Positions 44,525-55,579 of a stretch of DNA of 64,000 bases are shown here, piece by piece; position 1 is the first letter of the stretch, and the number at the start of each line of letters is the position of its first letter. The stretch is from assembly GCA_036630325.1 (NCBI GenBank), contig CP142732.1:434001-498000 (forward strand), in the 5' to 3' direction. The position numbers were made by a program, and so were the translations under genes. The notes below the pieces were generated by a model. It had not been told where the DNA came from, ran no database searches, and saw nothing but the letters and a program-made list of their open reading frames with translations. The stretch comes from Vairimorpha necatrix. Its lineage: Eukaryota.

Positions 44525-47125
44525 TTATTTAATTCTTATCTCCTTGACTATTCTACTTAACACATTACTCATCGTCTTCACAATATCTTCTTTATTGCTT
44601 CTTATTCTACACTCCAAATTTATAAAATTCTCATTATTAGCAATACACACATTATAAAATATATCATCATTCTGTCTAGTAGTACACATAATATTAGACA
44701 CAATAATATCTTCTTCCTCTTTATAATCAATAATACTTCCTTTTACAAATTTAGTAAATTTTTCTAATACTCGTCTAGGCGACAAAGAAGACATTAATTT
44801 TATAGAATAAACATTTTCCCACGGCATTTTCCTCCAAATATTCTTAAAATCTTCAATTTCGCAACTTTTTATTTCTAAGAAATCTGAGACATCAGTTTTT
44901 ATTTCTCTAAAATTTAAAGTATAATTCTGATTAGCATATTCCCCATTTTCATTTGGATATTTAAAAGTCACTGATCCATTTATAAATCCACTAGAACTAT
45001 CTAAAACTCTAAAGACAAGTTTTTTAGAAATTGCTGATCTTGCCTTCATATTATCAGGAAGATCAAGTAAAACTGGTCTAATATTTTGACTAGTACCAAA
45101 ATCAAATAACATGGTCTGTAAATAGTTATCAGTTTGATTGATTAATAAGATATTTAAGATTATTTCATATTTTGTGTATGAAATTGTACCTTCAACATAA
45201 ATTGGATCAGAAAGGCCTGTTAATTGTACGACATTGAAAAGTGACTCGTCATTGTCTTCAGATTCTAGAAAACTTTTAAGTTTTTCGATTTTTTCATTTT
45301 TATTATTTTGAAAAAATGGAATTTCTAGAGGTTCCAAGACATCGACTCGTTTTAAAAAATTTTTCTTTTTTTTTGAAAAATTTTTATAGGAAATTTCTAA
45401 AGTTAAAGATTTTATACACAAAAAAATCGTAGACTTGCAACTTTCATCACAAAAATCTTCGATTTTTGTAAAACTCAAAAATAAAGCGATCATTTTAGCT
45501 TTTAAATCTTCAAAAGATTCATTTTTATCTGATTCATTCTTAAAAGATTCGTATTTATCTGATTCGTATTTATCTGATTCATTTTTATCTGATCCATTAT
45601 AAGAAGATCCATTCAAGATATTTTCATTTATGGTAGATCCATTAAATATATTATTTTCATTTATGGTAAAATACATTTCTGTTAAAGAAATACATAAAAA
45701 ACTTATTAAAAATCTTGAATCTTTCTGAAAACATATAAAATCTGATGTTCCTTTAAACTCACAATATTCTTTAAATTTCCCATCAACAATACTAAATATT
45801 TCTTCTAATTCTTTCCTCCCTGAATATTTTACCAAAATCTTAAAAATTTTTCTAAAAATTTTTCCAAATTTAATATTTTTTATATTAAAAATCAAAATTT
45901 TTAAAATTTCCAAATCTTTAGAATTTTCTAAAATCAAAGAATTTTCTAAAATCGAATTTAACAAATTTAAACAAGAAAACGACAATCCAGGAATCTCATG
46001 ATTTATATTTTTATAACAAATATTTTTTACTTCTTCATTATAAATACCAAATCTAGAAACAAAAACATATAAATTTTCTAGTATCAAAATCTCCATCTTT
46101 TTGTTTTTTAATATCATTTTTTCAATTTCTTTATATTTTAAAATTAAAAGTTTATAAAATTGCGGGGCGTCTTTAGTTTGACAAACTTCTAATGAAAAAT
46201 CTAGACACAATTTAGAAATTTCAATATTAAAAGGGTTTACTAAATCTAAAGCATTTAGAGAATATTTTGATAAATCGATAGTGTCTTTGATTTTTATTAA
46301 TTTAGTAAAACTAATATTAAATAAATCTTCATTATCTTTTAAATCTTGGAAAATTATTCCTACGTATTTTTCTAATAATAAATTATTAGTTTCCAAATCT
46401 AAAAGTTTTAAACAAGCTTCTAATCTCACTTCTGAAGATTCAGAAGTGACAAATTCTTCTAAAAATTTTTCATCTTCAATTTTCTCGATTAAAATTAATG
46501 AAAAATCTTTAGATTTCGTATTTTTCACTTTATAAGCAAATTGTTCAGCTTTTTCTTTATTAATTTCCCATAACGAACAAAATGCTTGTATAAGACAAAA
46601 TGTATCCATTTCTTTATACAAACCATCATTCAAAATTTTTATTATCTCGTCATTCATTTCTATTTTCTTATAAATCATACCTAAGCAATAGTAAGCATTT
46701 CTTCTTACATATCCTACAGAATGAGATGTATTATTAATTATTGATTTATAACAATTATTTATTACATTTTTAGAATTTAAACATGTCACGAATCTTAAAG
46801 TGAGGCCTCTTATGAATTCATTTGGACTTTCTAAATCTTTTCTAATTTGGTTGTTTAGAAGTAAAAGTTCGCCTTCTTTTAGAAATGGGACATAGATTTC
46901 TAAGAAATAGTAGAGAAGTCGCTTGAGTTCATTATTGTCCATAAGTAGTACTTCTTTGACTACTGTATGGAGAATTGAGTCACCAATTTTCCCTTGACTG
47001 ACATATTCGATTAGTAATTTCATACCTTCGATTTTTTTAGAAATTTCTTTTGAGTCTACGAGTTTCAGAATGTTTTCTTCTGAGGAATCTTTAGAATTTG
47101 AAATGTAAACTGAAGTCTTAAACAT
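44525..47125 (-). CDS. SEC26: Coatomer subunit beta (COPB1)
   Basis: KDLESPNEFIRGLTLRF, YVRRNA, VQLTGLSDPIYVE, LINQT, WENV. Confidence 0.93.
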   Translation of the reverse strand: MFKTSVYISNSKDSSEENILKLVDSKEISKKIEGMKLLIEYVSQGKIGDSILHTVVKEVLLMDNNELKRLLYYFLEIYVPFLKEGELLLLNNQIRKDLESPNEFIRGLTLRFVTCLNSKNVINNCYKSIINNTSHSVGYVRRNAYYCLGMIYKKIEMNDEIIKILNDGLYKEMDTFCLIQAFCSLWEINKEKAEQFAYKVKNTKSKDFSLILIEKIEDEKFLEEFVTSESSEVRLEACLKLLDLETNNLLLEKYVGIIFQDLKDNEDLFNISFTKLIKIKDTIDLSKYSLNALDLVNPFNIEISKLCLDFSLEVCQTKDAPQFYKLLILKYKEIEKMILKNKKMEILILENLYVFVSRFGIYNEEVKNICYKNINHEIPGLSFSCLNLLNSILENSLILENSKDLEILKILIFNIKNIKFGKIFRKIFKILVKYSGRKELEEIFSIVDGKFKEYCEFKGTSDFICFQKDSRFLISFLCISLTEMYFTINENNIFNGSTINENILNGSSYNGSDKNESDKYESDKYESFKNESDKNESFEDLKAKMIALFLSFTKIEDFCDESCKSTIFLCIKSLTLEISYKNFSKKKKNFLKRVDVLEPLEIPFFQNNKNEKIEKLKSFLESEDNDESLFNVVQLTGLSDPIYVEGTISYTKYEIILNILLINQTDNYLQTMLFDFGTSQNIRPVLLDLPDNMKARSAISKKLVFRVLDSSSGFINGSVTFKYPNENGEYANQNYTLNFREIKTDVSDFLEIKSCEIEDFKNIWRKMPWENVYSIKLMSSLSPRRVLEKFTKFVKGSIIDYKEEEDIIVSNIMCTTRQNDDIFYNVCIANNENFINLECRIRSNKEDIVKTMSNVLSRIVKEIRIK

Positions 47126-47413
47126 TAAAAAGGGGGTGAGAAAAATTTATAAATTTGTTTACTCAAATTTGTGTAAGAAAATAACATTTTACTTAAGTAA
47201 AATCTTTATTCTTTACATAAAGCTATGAGATTTAACATTTATAAATTTTATTTTCAATTTGTAAAATGAAGATTTAACAAATCAAGTATTAGTTCTTATA
47301 TAAATCAAAGCTCCTTAAGCTTATTTTACATTGCAAATAACTCAAAAACAAATAATATTTTTTAAGTTTTTATTTTTTATGCTATTTTTTTTCCAATTTT
47401 TTTGACCCCAAAA

Positions 47414-48427
47414 ATGTCGAGTTCTGATTTGCGCGTACTTGAGCCTCTTCTCGCCCACAAACAAAGCGTCACTTGCATCCAGAAACTTAGAAATGGTTCT
47501 TCTAATGTTCTCATTAGTGCCTCCAAAGACAAGAGCATTTTCTATTGGTCTCTTGATTCCGAAATAGAAAGTGACTTCGGTAAACTTCTTAAAGAATACG
47601 CTGGTAAACACAGTAAAAATGTCAATGGCGTCGCCATTTCTCCAAATGGTGACATGTTGGTTTCTGTCGGGTCTGATAAAATGGGTTACATTTGGGATGT
47701 CACCAGTAAAAATATCACTGCTTCTTTAAAAGGCCACGATCGTGACATTTTGTCAGTCGCAATAAACAAAGAAGGAACTAAAATTGTCACTGGGTCAGTA
47801 GATTGTTCTATAAAGTTATGGAATACTAAAGGAGTATTAATTAATACATTTGGACCAGGTCTAGAAAATTGTCATAAGAATTGGGTAACTTGTTTAGAAT
47901 TTGATTCTCGTGATGAAAATATTTTATATTCTGGCTCTAAAGATGGATCAGTAAAGATTTGGAATATTGAAGATGGGACACTTCTTAAGACTTTCGTAGA
48001 AGGAAATGTTTTGGATTATCAGAATTATGAGAAAGAAACAGGCGAGAAACCAAAAGACAATGAATTGGCTTTAAGTGTCACATGTTTGACTTTCTGCGAA
48101 GGCGGGAATCTTTTGATTTACGGTGGTAAAAATAATAAAGTTTATATTGTCAATTTAGACACTAATGAATGTGTCGCCTCAGTGGCAGTAGAAAATACAG
48201 TCAGGTCTGTTACATCTTTTGAGTCTTTTGCGGGTATAGCGATAGGTACAGATGATGCTATTTATATTTATGATGTGTGCAGTAAAAGTATTGTGGCGAC
48301 TCACAGTCTTTTAGAAATGGGAAAAGGAATATCTTGTAATTCTCTAGTAAGTCAAGGGAATATTTTGTACTGCGGGTTATCTAATGGACAAATTTATACT
48401 TTAGAATATTCTAAAAGAAGCGAATAA
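47414..48427 (+). CDS. ASC1: RACK1/Asc1 40S-associated WD40 protein
   Basis: [47 protein letters not shown]. The ATG at 47414 follows CCCC (ORF-track start is a TTG). Confidence 0.9.
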   Translation: MSSSDLRVLEPLLAHKQSVTCIQKLRNGSSNVLISASKDKSIFYWSLDSEIESDFGKLLKEYAGKHSKNVNGVAISPNGDMLVSVGSDKMGYIWDVTSKNITASLKGHDRDILSVAINKEGTKIVTGSVDCSIKLWNTKGVLINTFGPGLENCHKNWVTCLEFDSRDENILYSGSKDGSVKIWNIEDGTLLKTFVEGNVLDYQNYEKETGEKPKDNELALSVTCLTFCEGGNLLIYGGKNNKVYIVNLDTNECVASVAVENTVRSVTSFESFAGIAIGTDDAIYIYDVCSKSIVATHSLLEMGKGISCNSLVSQGNILYCGLSNGQIYTLEYSKRSE

Positions 48428-48585
48428 AGAGCATTTTATTTTTTAATGATAAGTATATATAATTTAATATTGATATTTTCAATATTGAAGCTTTATTTAA
48501 ACTAATACACTTTAATTAATATTTTGAAGCTTTATTTAAACTAATACATTTTAATACATTTAAATTAATACATTTACAACCCTAA

Positions 48586-49482
48586 ATGTTACTACACACA
48601 TTTATTAAAATTACAAGTTTCATCGTATTGTGCGCTTTCATCAAATTCTTAATAAAATACATCTGGTCAATTTTAAATAACAAGTCAGTTTGGAAAAAAA
48701 TTGAAAATAAAACTGTGGTAGTCACTGGCGCCTTACAAGAAATAGGCATGGAAATCTGTAGACAATTATCATACGAGAAGATAAAACTTCTTATGATCGA
48801 CTCAGACAGAGAAAAACTCGAACTTTTAAAGAGGGAACTCGAAGTCAGAGCAGAAGTCTCTTTCTACGTAGTCAATTTCAATCAGACTGCTGACAATTAC
48901 AATATTTATTCTTTTCTTGAAGATCATGACATAGGCTTCTTAATAAACGCGGCTTGTTCTTTAGACAGAGGCTTTGAGACATTTATAAATCGTAGAGATG
49001 ATTCTATAATTAATACTAATATATTGTCTACTACTCATATAACTCATAGAGTTATAACACAAATGGTACAAAGAAAATGCGGGTATATAGCATTTATAGG
49101 CGAATCATCTTTTGATCTTCCTGTACCATTTTGCGCTTTATATTCCGCCAGTTTGGCTTACTTGCACCAATTGGCCTCTTCTTTGTACTACGAGCTCAGT
49201 GACTACGGAATAGTCTGCGAATATGTCAGGTATGGATCAATATTGAAGACGAGAATAGACAGGAAAGATGGAATATGTCATAATAATACTAAGAAATTTG
49301 TAGAGAGTTTTCTAAAGACATTTGGATCATCAAGGGAAATTATCCCGAGATTTTATCATATGTTACTTCACTGTATAGTCTTCTGTATTCCACAGACTAT
49401 TATAGGACATTTATTTACAGAAATATTCGGGAAAAAGGAATTAGAACGAGAATATTTAGAAAGAAAAAGGAAACATAAATAA
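48586..49482 (+). CDS. SDR-family very-long-chain 3-oxoacyl-CoA reductase-like protein (Ifa38/KAR), degenerate active site
   Basis: N-terminal TM helix, VVVTGALQEIG, DIGFLINAA, PVPFCALYSASLAY...SLYYEL. Confidence 0.75.
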   Translation: MLLHTFIKITSFIVLCAFIKFLIKYIWSILNNKSVWKKIENKTVVVTGALQEIGMEICRQLSYEKIKLLMIDSDREKLELLKRELEVRAEVSFYVVNFNQTADNYNIYSFLEDHDIGFLINAACSLDRGFETFINRRDDSIINTNILSTTHITHRVITQMVQRKCGYIAFIGESSFDLPVPFCALYSASLAYLHQLASSLYYELSDYGIVCEYVRYGSILKTRIDRKDGICHNNTKKFVESFLKTFGSSREIIPRFYHMLLHCIVFCIPQTIIGHLFTEIFGKKELEREYLERKRKHK

Positions 49483-49542
49483 AATGAGTATTAATTTACA
49501 TGATTGTGTTACTATTAGTATGATTTGTTTTATCATATATCA

Positions 49543-49760
49543 TCATATATAGAAGAATTTCTACCCCTATTTTTGTAAAATCTAAACTTCTTATTTTGTC
49601 CTTATTATAGTAAAACATCATCAGATTTGGATTTAAAACTTAAATTTGATATTTTTAAGTGTGTATACTTAGTATTAATGCAGTTTAATAAAACTTAGTC
49701 AAAAATATATCATAAGAAGCGATTTTTTAAAAAAAAGCACAAAATTCAAAATATCATTTT
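49543..49760 (+). mobile_element. 5' fragment of the Helitron-type repeat seen at 6636-7153
   Basis: A|TCATATATA start; 25-bp identity TTTTGTAAAATCTAAACTTCTTATT (49571-49595 = 6686-6710); further patchy colinearity. Confidence 0.55.
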
Positions 49761-49794
49761 TAAAAACATTTCAAGTTTATAATAAAATTATTTT

Positions 49795-50235
49795 TTAATT
49801 GATGGAATTTCCTGAGTTGGAAATCTTAGGCCAACATTCTGCTACTTCTTTAGGTAATGATCCACTAATTTGTCCTCCTCTCATATCCCCTTTAGCTGTT
49901 ATAAGTACAGCAGCATTATCTTCAAATCCAATATGTGTACCATCTTCTCTTCTCCATACTTTCTTCTGTCTTACTAAAATAGCATAATGAACTTTCTTTC
50001 TTAAATCTGGTTTCCCTTTTTTACAAGAAACTACGACAATATCCCCTGGGGCGGCCGCCGGGTATCTGTTAAGTCTACCTTTGTAACCACGTACACCAAT
50101 GACTTTGAGAAGTTTGGCGCCGGAATTGTCAGCACATTTTAAAAGAGTCTCCATTTGACAACCTTTTGTCATTCTACGATGTGGCTTTCTTGCTACTTTT
50201 TTTTCACCGGAGTCGACTTTTTTTTCAGCTGCCAT
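49795..50235 (-). CDS. RPL23: 60S ribosomal protein L23 (uL14)
   Basis: [37 protein letters not shown]. Confidence 0.97.
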
Positions 50236-50441
50236 TTTGGGGTGAAAAAAAAATTTAAAATTAAAAAAAAAGTAAACCCAAGAAAAAAATCCTAACGTGG
50301 TGTGTTTGATTGAATTTAGTTTTAATAAGAGATTATGTCTTTTTTACATATTATTTTATCAAATATTGTAATCTTGTCAAATTTTAATATTTGTCTTATT
50401 ATTATTTTATCAAATTTTTAATATTATTTAAATTTTTAATA

Positions 50442-50792
50442 TTATTTTATTGGTTCAATAACATCCACTGTATCTAAAATACTATCTTTTATTGGATATA
50501 TAATTTTACAATTATCACATTCTAAATATCCATCCACAACATTTGTCTCTAATAAAACTTTCCTTATATTTTCACTCTCCAATGGATTTTCTAAATCTTC
50601 TTGTGTCAAAATGTCAAATTGTAATTTCAATTTTTCTAAAAATTCCCTGCCTTCGTTGCTCAATAACAAATTTCTTAAATTTTCTAATTTGTAATTTGAT
50701 TCAACTTCTTCCCATTCATTAATTTTTAATGATGTTTTTGTAGAAAAAGGACATTTTTTACATTTGAAAATGCTTTGGACAAAAATTTTCAT
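50442..50792 (-). CDS. TRM112: Methyltransferase activator Trm112
   Basis: Split Zn-binding CKKC ... CDNC and LLETNVVDGYLECDNCKIIYPIKDSI. Confidence 0.85.
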   Translation of the reverse strand: MKIFVQSIFKCKKCPFSTKTSLKINEWEEVESNYKLENLRNLLLSNEGREFLEKLKLQFDILTQEDLENPLESENIRKVLLETNVVDGYLECDNCKIIYPIKDSILDTVDVIEPIK

Positions 50793-51114
50793 TTTGGGGC
50801 CAAAAAAAAGTTAATAATAATTTCCAAAAAAGATGTGATAAAAAATTGTGTCTTAAATTTTCATAAAAATATAAAGTAGCATTTTTAAAGCATCACATTA
50901 AATTTGTTGCAATTATCTTCATATTATAATTATAATTTTATACATAATGTTTTCCATATCGTACGTTTTTAATTCAAATCATCATGTTTTTAAAGCTTTG
51001 TGTTACTTAATTTATTTTTTAAGTATATTTCTTTCGTTTGTCTCATTTTTTTGACCCAATAGGCTTAAAACTTCATTAGATTTTTTTTTTCTTAAAATAT
51101 TTTACCCCATTAAA

Positions 51115-53115
51115 ATGTCTCTTAAGCCTAGTAAAGATTTTTTAGAAATATTTACAAAAACACTTAAAAAAGAAATAAAAATTGATGAAAAAGATTTGAA
51201 AGATGCAATGATTTCTCTATTAAATAAATCTAATATTAAAAATTTTAATGAATATATTCGTACATTTCAATACAGAAAAAATAATATTAATTTTAATAAT
51301 ATAACTGACAAATACAAATATCTTAATTTTAATTACAAACATAAAGGAGATCTTTTAGGACATTCAGGACAAGTAGAAAGAATAGCTTTTGATAATACAG
51401 GAAAACATGTTTTTAGTGGTGGAACTGATGGTATGATAAAAATTTGGCATGTTGATACTGGTTTTTTAATTAATACTTGTATAGGTCATAGAAATATGAT
51501 AAATGATATTTGTTTTAGTAAAAATGGTAAACTGTTTGTATCTTGCGATTTTAATGGTATTATTAATATTTGGGACTTGGAAACATTAACTGTAAAATTT
51601 TCTATAAGATTAATTACAGGCGTAACATTCGCCGAATTCTTCGAAGTAAAAGATAAAAAAAATATTTACAATCTCGTAGTGATTTTAACTAACGGATTAG
51701 TCAAAGTTTACACTTTTGATGAAACAAAATTAATAAATGAAAAAGAAAATGATTTTACTTTAGATGAACCATATAAAGCAATTTGTATAACTGACGGAGG
51801 AAGATTTTTATTAAGAGCAGGTTATTGGCCATATTTAATTCTAATAGATACTTTTTTTCCAGAAAAATGTATAATTTTTGATACAAATAATCTTCCAGTA
51901 CAAACAATTTGTGCTGCAAAAGATTGTGTAAAATTCGCCGCCGGTTGTGGCAACTGGCTTTTCCAATGGACGTTTTTTTATGAAGGCATTTCTTCAATGG
52001 GAAATTTTAATAGATCTTCTAAAATATTACCAGGTCATTGGAAAAAGAATGTATTTAAAATGGACATAGAAGATAATTATATAATTGACAATATGTGTTA
52101 TTTAAAAAATTATTATTTAGTTTGTGTATGTACAGATTTAAAAATTAGAATTTATTCTGAAAGAATTTTGCGATTTACAATACAAATCGAAGAAATTGGT
52201 GTCGTGTGTGCTCATCCTCTTGAAAATATTTTTGCTTTTTACGGACAATCTTTAAATTTTTATTTTTTTGATAAATTAATTTTTTCAGAAAAACTTAATT
52301 TTAGTATCAATGATTGCCAATTTTCTACTGATGGTGAAAATTTCGTAGTAGGCGATGAAATGGGGAATGTTAGGACATATTCTGTAAATTATGAAAAGTA
52401 CAAATATAAAGAACAATTTTTTATTACAGATTTTGAACATTTCGCTGGAGCTAATGACATTTTATTCAGAGAATGTAAAAATGAAAGTACTTTAGATTCG
52501 AATAGGAAAAAAAACGAAGAATGGAGATTATTGCCATATTATACTCAAGAAATTAATAATAGTAAAAATATTATTATAGAAGAAGCGGCTTTAGAACATT
52601 TCCCAAGTAGATATCTCGATAAGATTAAATATAGACGAAAATATTGCGAATTTCCTGAAGATCCTGTAGTAGTGCCATGTGAAATTGAAGAGAGCACGGA
52701 TAGTTACGATATTGGGGAAGATAGTTCATCAAACTTTTTAAGTGCGACAGAGAATGACAATAAATCAAGCGACGAAGATTTGATTATTCGACGCAGAGCG
52801 AGTTACAAAGAGCCGACAGAAAATGCAGCACATAAGCCTGTCATATTAAGGCGAAATTTTGTAGAACCAGAGCTAGAAACTCGTACTAGAGGAATTAGAC
52901 TTAGAAGAAATGACAATAACGAAGACGAGGGACTAGAATTTTTCCATTATCAAAGACAATCTGTGAAGAGAAAAAAGAAAGTAAAGAAAAATGAAGTGCC
53001 TCTTATTAGTAAATTAAGAAGAAATGTAAGACAACAAAGCGATGACACGATAGACTTGGAGACGTCAGTAAGCCCCAAAGTAAGACTTAGAAGACACATG
53101 TCTTCTGAAGATTAA
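51115..53115 (+). CDS. BRWD/PHIP-like WD40 protein without bromodomains
   Basis: LLGHSGQVERIAFDNTGKHVFSGGTDGMIKIW...GHRNMINDI, DCQFSTDG, EQFFITDF. Confidence 0.7.
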   Translation: MSLKPSKDFLEIFTKTLKKEIKIDEKDLKDAMISLLNKSNIKNFNEYIRTFQYRKNNINFNNITDKYKYLNFNYKHKGDLLGHSGQVERIAFDNTGKHVFSGGTDGMIKIWHVDTGFLINTCIGHRNMINDICFSKNGKLFVSCDFNGIINIWDLETLTVKFSIRLITGVTFAEFFEVKDKKNIYNLVVILTNGLVKVYTFDETKLINEKENDFTLDEPYKAICITDGGRFLLRAGYWPYLILIDTFFPEKCIIFDTNNLPVQTICAAKDCVKFAAGCGNWLFQWTFFYEGISSMGNFNRSSKILPGHWKKNVFKMDIEDNYIIDNMCYLKNYYLVCVCTDLKIRIYSERILRFTIQIEEIGVVCAHPLENIFAFYGQSLNFYFFDKLIFSEKLNFSINDCQFSTDGENFVVGDEMGNVRTYSVNYEKYKYKEQFFITDFEHFAGANDILFRECKNESTLDSNRKKNEEWRLLPYYTQEINNSKNIIIEEAALEHFPSRYLDKIKYRRKYCEFPEDPVVVPCEIEESTDSYDIGEDSSSNFLSATENDNKSSDEDLIIRRRASYKEPTENAAHKPVILRRNFVEPELETRTRGIRLRRNDNNEDEGLEFFHYQRQSVKRKKKVKKNEVPLISKLRRNVRQQSDDTIDLETSVSPKVRLRRHMSSED

Positions 53116-53558
53116 GAAAAATAGACAAGCAAAGCACAATATAATGCTAGTTAAATAAACTTTATAAAAAAATTTATATTGAAAAATTTTATTATTAATT
53201 TATAATATTTGTTGCAATTAAATAAGTCATCCATTGTAAAAATTATATTGTGCCACATATAATCATGCGTAAAAGATTTAAACTAATTTTGATGGTTTTT
53301 TTTAACGTTTCATCAAGATAATAAACCTATACGAATATTTTTAAAAAATATTCAATAATTATTTGATTAATGCTTTAAAAAGTCATTTCTTGTGGTATTA
53401 CAGAAATTATTTCAATTAAAATTTGTTTAAAGCCGTGATAAGCTTCGCATACTTAACGTATTTGATAAAAAAAATTTTAAACAAATACAAAATTAATTTG
53501 TATATAGTCATGGAAAATTTCGCCTACTAAACGTATTTGAAAAAAATAATTTTTAATT

Positions 53559-55557
53559 TTATTTATGAGAATCAATAACTTGCACACCAAACCCAAATAT
53601 AAAAATCAAATTTTCGATTATTACTAGACATTCTGGCCTGTCAATTAAAATATTAAATTCTCCGATTTTTTTTAGATCTGCATTCCAAATCTTTAAATAT
53701 CCGTCATCAGAAATTGTGTAAAGCTTATCCGTCCACTGCATATATTTTATACACGCTGAATGTCCCAAGGCAGAAAACAAAATCTCATTTTTTTCAGTGT
53801 CATAAACGTGGATTTTATGAGAATCGCCACTTAGGAAAAATCTTGTCTCGTTGCAACACAAAGAATGCAAAGAAGTCGTATCAATTTTATAAAAATTTGT
53901 AGATCGTGCTAAAATATTGTAAACTATCAAAATTCCATCAGAAGTGCATCCATAAAAAATATTATCCTTAATTAAAAACCGACTAATAAATTTATCAAAA
54001 TTTTTAATAAACTTGATTTTGCCATTATTTTTAAATATTTGAAATTTCCGGAACTGTCAGTAAAATAAAGTCTGTTTTGGTAGAATGAATGTGTCACTTT
54101 ACAATTATTTATAACTTCTTTGACAATGTAAAGCTTTTTTCTGTACTGTTTTAATTTATATAAATAACCTTCTAGTGTGGACACGTAGATGTTTTTACTA
54201 CCAAGAGATATTGATGACACATCTCCAATTACGAATAATAAATCGACTATTTTATTGTTTTTAATAAGTACAACTGTACTTTCTGTAGTGCCACAAATAA
54301 AATAAGATCTTTTTCTTATTGCACATGATATTTCTCTAAAACCAGAATATTCATTTTTATATCGAAAAGTTGCAGTAAAAGATTTTGACTCATAGATATT
54401 TTGTGTTTTTGATTGTTTTTCATATGTCCCGCAACATCTGCCAGTGTAAATTATAGGAAATTTCAATTTTACGAAAAATATTTTATCTTTCGTATGGATT
54501 TTAATAAATCTATGAGTTTTCTCAATTTTGTTAATTTGATCTTCTGAAATTTTGTAAGCAGTCTTATTAGAAATCAGCCAACCATTCTTTGTACCGACAA
54601 ATCCTTTCGTGTAGGTGATTGGTTTCGTACATTTAATTGTGTAATGTGGCAGATTATTTTTAAGAACATTAATTGTATTTCCCATTATTTGATATTTTTT
54701 TGGTTTTTTTTCGTTATGACTTGCTGCTGTTTTTTGTTTATTATCGTAAATTTCTGCGTTACAATCCATCTCTTTGATTTTTTCAATTATAAAATTTTTA
54801 TCTACTAATTTAAAATCGGTCTCTGGCAAGTCGTGTGTAAAAATTTGTCCACTAGTAAGACCTAATAAAATTTTTGATCCACAAAATGCCAAGCTATTTG
54901 TACATTGTGGTCCATAATACAATGTTTTTATAAGTTGTCTATTATAATAAATTTTTACTTCCCCATTTTTATTTATAGTGCCTACAAAAGATTTATAAAT
55001 ATAACATTTTATGACATAATTCCTTGTCTCTTGAATAATCCATAGTCCTTTATTGTCTACTACTACAATCTTTCTATCTTCACCAGAAGACACAAATCCA
55101 TATTTATTGAGTTGCAAATGAAAATTCTTCCGCTGTGCACGTAAAATTTTTCTAATTTAGTAGTTTCAATAGTAAAAAAATTATAATTACCAGTTATTAT
55201 TTTCAAATCATTTGTGAACAGAACTTTTTGTATGCTGGTCGAATCAAAAGATTTTTCGATATTATTGTTTTTGAATATTTTACCACATAATGTCGCGTAT
55301 AAAACAAATTCGCCATCAATAAAAACATCTGATACAAAATATTTAGTCGTAAATGTTTCTAATTCAATATTTTTTGTTCTACAATATTTCGTCATTTTAT
55401 GTCGTCCAAAACATACAATATACTTTTCTGATATTTTCAAACCACATATTTTATATTCCGTTTCCAATATTACACTTCCCAGTGTATTAAACACATAATT
55501 AAGTTTTAAATAGTAATATTCTCCTTTATAACTAATAATTTCCACTGGTCCAATCAT
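53559..55557 (-). pseudogene. WDR6/Trm734-like WD40 gene split by two single-base frameshifts (pseudogene or assembly error)
   Basis: Three consecutive ORFs fuse to 666 aa if one base is added at ~55121-55124 and one at ~54028-54035. Motifs GPV, HSGRIF, SSGED, GHSACI...SDDGYLKIW and GFGVQVI match the WDR6/Trm734 layout. Confidence 0.65.
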
Positions 55558-55579
55558 AAAAATTTTTTTAACCCTTCAA
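55558..55579. promoter_or_regulatory. 22-bp spacer between divergent start codons, with one CCC/GGG motif
   Basis: AAAAATTTTTTTAACCCTTCAA lies between the WD40 ATG (55557) and the ELP3 ATG (55580). Confidence 0.5.

Noticed and set aside
30535..47611. Antisense or overlapping short ORFs (e.g. 31286-31729, 36994-37356, 40797-41192, 41810-42385, 46281-46535, 47342-47611)
   Set aside because: Shadow frames of real genes, with Ser/Phe/Leu-rich composition and no start motifs.
53559..55557. Introns explaining the WD40 gene frame breaks
   Set aside because: No GTAAGT donor or branch/acceptor motif at either junction; single-base additions suffice.
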